In this document: in pieces, positions 57,818 through 64,000 of the stretch
Layout: every line of letters begins with the position of its first letter
Position numbering within the stretch: position 1 is the first letter of the stretch
Source: an uncultured bacterium
GTDB taxonomy: Bacteria > Patescibacteriota > Saccharimonadia > UBA4664
Assembly: GCA_963720265.1 (NCBI GenBank)
Contig: CAVRET010000002.1
Coordinates: forward strand, 931-64,930
Direction of reading: 5' to 3'
Length of the DNA stretch: 64,000 nucleotides
The notes under the pieces: generated by a model
Database searches by the model: none
What the model was told of the DNA's origin: nothing
Seen by the model: the letters and a program-made list of their open reading frames with translations, nothing else
Program-made: the position numbers and the translations under genes

Positions 57818-58410
57818 AGTGATAACATTGCAATGTAGGTCGCAACATTGCAAAATACGGCTTACCGGAACACGCAGCGAGCAGGGCCTTCGATGTATCC
57901 GGCGAACCGAACAAGCTTCCCTTGGGAGACAAGATAATCGTGGGCCAATACCGCTGGACGAATAATGTTGTGATAGTCCGCCGGAGAATTACACGTTACA
58001 TCGGAATCGCCTGGCGAATCCCTTCCGCCAAACCGCACACAGTACATAACTGTGATCATCGACACTTCTCGCGCAGGCGGGCTGAGGGATGTGGATTGCA
58101 GCTGATGGCACGCCTGCTCGCAAAGGAGCAGCGCCTCCGTCAATGTGTCGCCGAGGTAACGTACTGTGATGCCTCCGACCTCAGCTCTCGCGACCATGCA
58201 ACCCGCCTCTGCGAACAGCTAGCTCATGGCCACCCTGATATGACCACCACCGAACGAAACGATCTACTGAACTACATTCGGTGCTGGTACCAGTCCATCT
58301 GGGAAGAAGGTCCGCGTACCGGGGACCGGCTCTAAACCAGCCGATTGAGGCATCCGCAGGCCAATCATCTATGACATTGGCTTGCGGGTGCCTCTGCTTC
58401 TAAGAATAAC

Positions 58411-59712
58411 TTACAACAACGACAGCTGATTCAGCATCTCGGCCCGTTCAGCACTGTCGCGAAACACTTTTATCACGCCGAATACGCCGTCGTACCCCGG
58501 TTCCAGATAAACATCACGCCGTCGCATCCGGTCAACCGCCGTCGCCAGCACAGGCGACGCCTCTCGAATCTGGTCCAGCCCCAGCTCGCGCAAAATCGCA
58601 AACTCAGATCCCAAGGCTGTAACCAGGCGGTCATATTCGCGCCCTACAGCCGCACCGCCGCTACCCTTGACGCCGCGCAGTTCCGCCAACACTTCACCCA
58701 GCGGAATAATATACTCCACCCGCTTAGCTCCCGCAGGTTCAAAACCTTCCAGGCGGTCTGCCGCCGCCAACTCCCCGACGCGATAATCCACACCCACCAC
58801 CACCGGCTTGCCACACTTTGGGCACACCCCGCCATGCTCGCGCGTCTCATCAGGCCGCATCCGCACTCCGCACGCTCGGTGTCCGTCGTAATGGTATTTG
58901 CCCTCTTCCGGAAAAAACTCAATTGTCCCAATCAGCCGGTCATCATTCGCCTTTATGGTGCCGACAATATCGTCATAGCTTAAACCAGACCGTACCACCG
59001 TTGCCTCTCGGCCCAATTTTTGTGGTGAATGCGCGTCTGAGTTTGAAATAATCGCTCGTCCGTCCAAGTCCGCCACTCGCCAGTTCATGCTGGGATCACT
59101 CGAAAGACCCGTTTCCACGGCCCGGATCTCACTTGCCAAGTCACCGTAAGCCTCTGCCATTGAGTCAAACCCGCTTTTTGACCCAAATACGGCAAACCAC
59201 GGCGTCCAAATATGCGCCGGCACATAGAGAGCCCGCGGCTGGGTTTCAAGGGTTAGGCGCAACAGCTCCTCCGAATCCAAGCCCAAAATCGGCCGTCCGT
59301 CAGCCTTCAAATTTCCGATCCGGGAGAGTCGCTCGTTCAGCGCACTCACGGCTTCCAAGCTAGGCATAATTATCAGTTGGTGGACCTTGCGCACTCGTTC
59401 GCCACGCTTGTAAATAGTTGCAATCTCCACGCTCGGCACAAATCGCACAACGGCACTGCGCACGCTTGCCGGCAACCCGGCATCCACTTCGTCCGCCAAC
59501 TCAGGTTTGAGCCTAAGCAGTCCGGCCTCGGCCGGCTCAAGCTGGCCACGCATTTCCTCAAACCACGCCGGGTGCGTGAAATCCCCGGTCCCAAGTATCG
59601 CGATGCCTTTAATTTTGGCCCACTTGTAGAGCCCCGGCAGGGTTAAATCCTGGCTCGTCGCCCGCGCGTGCCGCGAGTGCACATGAAGATCAACAACCAG
59701 CTCACCAATCAC
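58411..59712 (-). CDS. PHP-domain nuclease, EndoQ-like (TIGR00375-type)
   Basis: N-terminal VDLHVHSRHA (PHP metal site), further His/Asp motifs (...SNSDAHSPQ...), and zinc-finger-like CPKCGK about 130 aa from the C-terminus. 433 aa, similar in size to endonuclease Q. Confidence 0.55.
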   Translation of the reverse strand: MIGELVVDLHVHSRHARATSQDLTLPGLYKWAKIKGIAILGTGDFTHPAWFEEMRGQLEPAEAGLLRLKPELADEVDAGLPASVRSAVVRFVPSVEIATIYKRGERVRKVHQLIIMPSLEAVSALNERLSRIGNLKADGRPILGLDSEELLRLTLETQPRALYVPAHIWTPWFAVFGSKSGFDSMAEAYGDLASEIRAVETGLSSDPSMNWRVADLDGRAIISNSDAHSPQKLGREATVVRSGLSYDDIVGTIKANDDRLIGTIEFFPEEGKYHYDGHRACGVRMRPDETREHGGVCPKCGKPVVVGVDYRVGELAAADRLEGFEPAGAKRVEYIIPLGEVLAELRGVKGSGGAAVGREYDRLVTALGSEFAILRELGLDQIREASPVLATAVDRMRRRDVYLEPGYDGVFGVIKVFRDSAERAEMLNQLSLL

Positions 59713-59790
59713 GCTGCTATCATAACACGCTTGATATTGAATAATTTTTGTGTTCTCATATGAGAGGTTGTTTGTTCAATAAATCCAACT

Positions 59791-60365
59791 TTGATCGGAC
59801 GGCACGCAATGAACACTACTTCACTGTTTCCGGTCGAGCGTGGAAGGTTCACACTCAGCCGCCTGTGCACGCGACATTGCCCAGACCTGGAGTCACTTTA
59901 CCGGAATCATCCTGTGGAGGTCCGTCTTTACAGCCCGCAGTTGAGCAGCCAATTTGCGGCCGCACCCGAAACCACGGTTGCGCAGCTGATCCGCGAGCAG
60001 GTCAACTCTGCCCATCAAGGTCTGAACCTCAGTTGCGGCATTTTGGTCAAAGGACAACTCGTCGGCCAAATCGATTGCGCGTTTGACCCCGAAACCCCAA
60101 CGGTGATCGAGCTGGGCTATTGGATCATAGCCGACCTCCAACAGCAGGGCATCATGTCCGAGGCCTGCGAGCTGATCCTGAGCACTGCTTTGCTCACCGC
60201 AACGTAAGAAGCGCCTGGCTGCACATTGCCCAGGCCAACACCGTCAGCCAAAAACTGGCTGCCAAGCTCCGCTTCCATCCAGCCGGCCGGCCAACGCGAG
60301 TATCCGACGAATACAGTTCCCGGGACATGCAATGGTTCGTCCGCTACGCCCCCGCCAGACCGTAA
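59791..60365 (+). pseudogene. GNAT (RimJ/RimL-like) acetyltransferase with an apparent frameshift near 60190
   Basis: Frame 1 gives ...ELGYWIIADLQQQGIMSEACELILSTALLTAT then a stop at 60205-60207. A second frame continues FAHRNVRSAWLHIAQANTVSQKLAAKLRFHPAG..., the typical GNAT C-terminal ...N..S..L..KLGF block. Confidence 0.5.
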
Positions 60366-60397
60366 GGCCCCGCGGGGGTCTTACGTTTGTTATACTT

Positions 60398-60691
60398 ATG
60401 CTTATGGACATCAGTCTTAATTCGGTTCTGATTGGCGGTGCCATGGTAATCGCCGGCGTACTATTCGTCCGCTTTACCTTCAAGATCGCCAACTTTACCG
60501 GCCGTCAAGACTGGCTTGAGCATTACACCGGCTCCGGCACCACCTACGGCATTTACAAAATCTTCGGCGTGCTCCTCGTGATTGTTGGATTCATGGTTGC
60601 CTCCGGCTTTGGTAACGACGTCCTCGGCTGGCTTCTCTCGCCGTTTCACTCCGCTTTCCACGGCCTCGGCGGCCAGCAGCCAGGTTATTGA
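60398..60691 (+). CDS. small integral membrane protein
   Basis: MLMDISLNSVLIGGAMVIAGVLFV... and a second helix IFGVLLVIVGFMVASGF. The ORF-track start at 60332 is probably an upstream extension. Confidence 0.5.
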   Translation: MLMDISLNSVLIGGAMVIAGVLFVRFTFKIANFTGRQDWLEHYTGSGTTYGIYKIFGVLLVIVGFMVASGFGNDVLGWLLSPFHSAFHGLGGQQPGY

Positions 60692-60783
60692 CTTAATATA
60701 AAATCTGTGGCTAAATAGTACAGGCCGTGCCACCGTAAGGCACGGTTATTCTGTTCCCGATTCCCGGAAGGAGGCTGGTACGA

Positions 60784-61545
60784 TTGTACCCGCCTTTGAG
60801 GTTGCAGGAGCTTACCGATACGTTCCATGGTGTTTTCTGCGGTGGCGTCTCGGTCATACCCGGCATAGATCGAGCGCTTGCCATGGTGAACAAGCCCATC
60901 ACAAAGGTCGTCATCGTCGTCACAACCGGTGGAGACCAGGGCGAGCTCGTGGAAGCATTCAAGCAGGCCGGACTACGAGACAACAGCATCGTTGTCGTCG
61001 AGGCCACCGAGGGCACGGCCCAGCTCGAGGCCGCGATCTACGAGAAAGACAACGAAGCCGATCTCGTTATATTCGTCGGCGGCAACGGCGCCGACTTCCT
61101 CGTTCGCCTGCGCGACACCCCCGGCCTGACCGATTTCCTGCACAGGGTCATGTTCGACTCCACAAAGGTCAAGCTTGGCGCCAGCCTCGGACTGGTTATG
61201 TGGTTCGACTGGTTTTTCACCTGCGACCAGGAAGGCGACCGCGAAAGCAACGACTTCCGCCCAGTGCCGGCTCTGAAGGCTATCCCCGGCGGCGCCTGCG
61301 CCCATTTCGGCGGCGCCAAACAATTCGCGCTCTACCAGGCGGCAAGGAGCATGGAGCCGGGCACGATCATCCTCTGCGCCGGCGAAGACTCCGTGATCAC
61401 ATGCAATCGCGGCAAGCTCGAGGTCACGCCGGGCACGCTCGTGGAACGAATCCTGGTGCTGCCGGACAAGGCAATCGTCATCAGCTCGCTCGACCGGCGG
61501 GGTCCGATTCGCTTCAGCGATTTCTGGGACCCCGACTGGCACTGA
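60784..61545 (+). CDS. peptidase S51 (dipeptidase E/cyanophycinase-like, class I glutamine-amidotransferase fold)
   Basis: ...VVIVVTTGGDQGE...LVIFVGGNGADFLVRLRDTPGLTDFL...GASLGLVM... follows the S51 pattern GGN...L...L...G.SAG. Alternative start at the Met at 60883. Confidence 0.5.
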   Translation: MYPPLRLQELTDTFHGVFCGGVSVIPGIDRALAMVNKPITKVVIVVTTGGDQGELVEAFKQAGLRDNSIVVVEATEGTAQLEAAIYEKDNEADLVIFVGGNGADFLVRLRDTPGLTDFLHRVMFDSTKVKLGASLGLVMWFDWFFTCDQEGDRESNDFRPVPALKAIPGGACAHFGGAKQFALYQAARSMEPGTIILCAGEDSVITCNRGKLEVTPGTLVERILVLPDKAIVISSLDRRGPIRFSDFWDPDWH

Positions 61546-61800
61546 GACTCTAACGAAGCCGGAACATTCGTTCGCCGGGTGCGCCCATTGGCGGCGCACC
61601 CGGCGGGCCACGCCTGAGCGCTCAATCGCAAGCATTGAGCTCCGAGGTCTGACCCGCCCTAGCTCTACAGAAATTTTTACTTACAAACAAAAAGCCCACC
61701 CAAAAATGCTGTCGAGAATGTTTGGTGACCGCAGGGAGGTCGCGAAGCGACAACGAAGCGAGTTTCGCAGACAGTATTTTTTAGGTGGCCTGATTGTTTC

Positions 61801-61831
61801 AAGCTTGAACCCTTAATCGTGCAGTGTAGAC
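61801..61831. repeat. 3' half of the pre-16S processing stem (complementary to 63561-63590)
   Basis: AGCTTGAACCCTTAATCGTGCAGTGTA is the reverse complement of TACACTGCACGATTAAGATTTCAAGCT found upstream of the 16S 5' end. Confidence 0.7.
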
Positions 61832-61954
61832 GTCGACCTGGAAGTTCCACAGTTGGCCGGCAGGATCACATCTCTTGCGAGCAGATCAACCATCCGAACC
61901 AAACTGGCCGAAAGTCAAAGCCTTCGGAACGCCTTACGGCGTCGCATCTCCCTA

Positions 61955-63420
<1,466 letters not shown>

Positions 63421-63560
63421 ATCGTTTGGAAACGACCATGCCCATCCGAAGACAGGGCTTTGGGTTGCTTGAGCTTGGCGCTCAAAAAAATTGAGGTAAC
63501 GATTTTTACAAATCGTTCCTTTTGGTTGCTAAGTAAACTTAGCAACTCGTCATTACACTG

Positions 63561-63590
63561 CACGATTAAGATTTCAAGCTACCCGTCCAT
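63561..63590. repeat. 5' half of the pre-16S processing stem
   Basis: Complementary to 61801-61831. The two halves flank the mature 16S as expected for an RNase III processing helix. Confidence 0.7.
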
Positions 63591-63703
63591 TTTGGCGGCA
63601 AAATAAATAGCCAGCGATCGTTCGCCTGCTACATATTAGCGACCCATTTCAAGACTGTATCTAACTCTAGCGTACATCCACCCGGCAGTCAAGATATATC
63701 ACG

Positions 63704-64000
63704 CTACAAATTATAATACTTCGTCCGCAAATAATCGTCGTATTTCGCCTTTTGTTGGCGTCGAAGAATAAGCATTGCCACGCCGCCCATCGCCGCCAGG
63801 ACCACAAGTATAATCACCACTAGATTCCACGAGATGCCGTGCGTAATCGTGGCGAGTACTAATACATCGTTGGCAGTGGTGGTAGTAAATGTCATGTGCT
63901 GAGTCGAGGCATTAAACTTAGCGTTCGAAATCGTACTGAGGTTGCCGTTGCCGTCAGCCGTGTAGGCTGTCGGCTTAGTAACACCTTTGAGCTTGTTCTT
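63704..64000 (-). CDS. 3' end of a minus-strand gene running off the window (protein with C-terminal TM anchor)
   Basis: The frame is open from the window edge down to the stop at 63704. C-terminal ...WNLVVIILVVLAAMGGVAMLILRRQQKAK... is a hydrophobic helix plus basic tail. Confidence 0.4.
   Translation of the reverse strand, partial: KNKLKGVTKPTAYTADGNGNLSTISNAKFNASTQHMTFTTTTANDVLVLATITHGISWNLVVIILVVLAAMGGVAMLILRRQQKAKYDDYLRTKYYNL

Noticed and set aside
57862-58335. Overlapping 111-aa (minus) and 137-aa (plus) ORFs between IS copy 2 and the EndoQ-like gene
   Set aside because: The two frames exclude each other and neither has recognisable motifs or a convincing start. Left uncalled.

Overview
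High-GC (~58-60%) bacterial chromosome segment with compact, mostly minus-strand housekeeping genes, probably Patescibacteria/CPR-like (inference from rRNA introns, a short IF2, a 4-domain S1, no nusA, and unlinked rRNA genes). 

Gene content by region:
- 1-10.5 kb: ileS (partial) with a T-box leader, then a division cluster (yggT, ftsZ, ftsA) that contains a 292-aa unknown gene, then map, adk, dgkA, yqeY, rpsU and a HIT protein.
- 10.5-27.4 kb: a lytic transglycosylase, two unknown secreted/membrane proteins, an SPFH protein, hisS, relA/spoT, recJ, a small lysine-rich wHTH gene in an AT-rich patch, secDF, a phosphoribosyltransferase, priA, a PEP-utilising-domain protein, def and fmt.
- 27.5-32.1 kb: a single 1544-codon low-complexity repetitive ORF of unknown function, the most unusual gene in the window.
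- 32.1-41.4 kb: an rpsA-ylxR-infB-rbfA operon, an LPXTG protein, an HD protein, an unknown/ImmA-like peptidase gene pair, a FAD oxidoreductase, ybaK, a KGG stress protein and a SpoU methyltransferase.
- 41.4-46.0 kb: 5S and 23S rRNA on the minus strand; the 23S carries two intervening sequences, one with an intact and one with a degenerate LAGLIDADG homing-endonuclease ORF.
- 47.1-47.3 kb: tRNA-Ile(GAU) and tRNA-Ala(UGC) on the plus strand.
- 47.3-61.6 kb: an accessory island containing a RelE/DinJ toxin-antitoxin pair, two identical inverted IS4-like elements flanking cargo (Nudix, GNAT, a degraded HD gene, SpoU, SRPBCC, a UvrD-like helicase, DUF1653), an EndoQ-like PHP nuclease, a frameshifted GNAT and an S51 peptidase.
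- 61.9-63.4 kb: 16S rRNA on the minus strand, separated from the 23S-5S genes by this island. 

No CRISPR array was seen. All calls come from reading the six-frame translations and the nucleotide sequence; no database searches were run.
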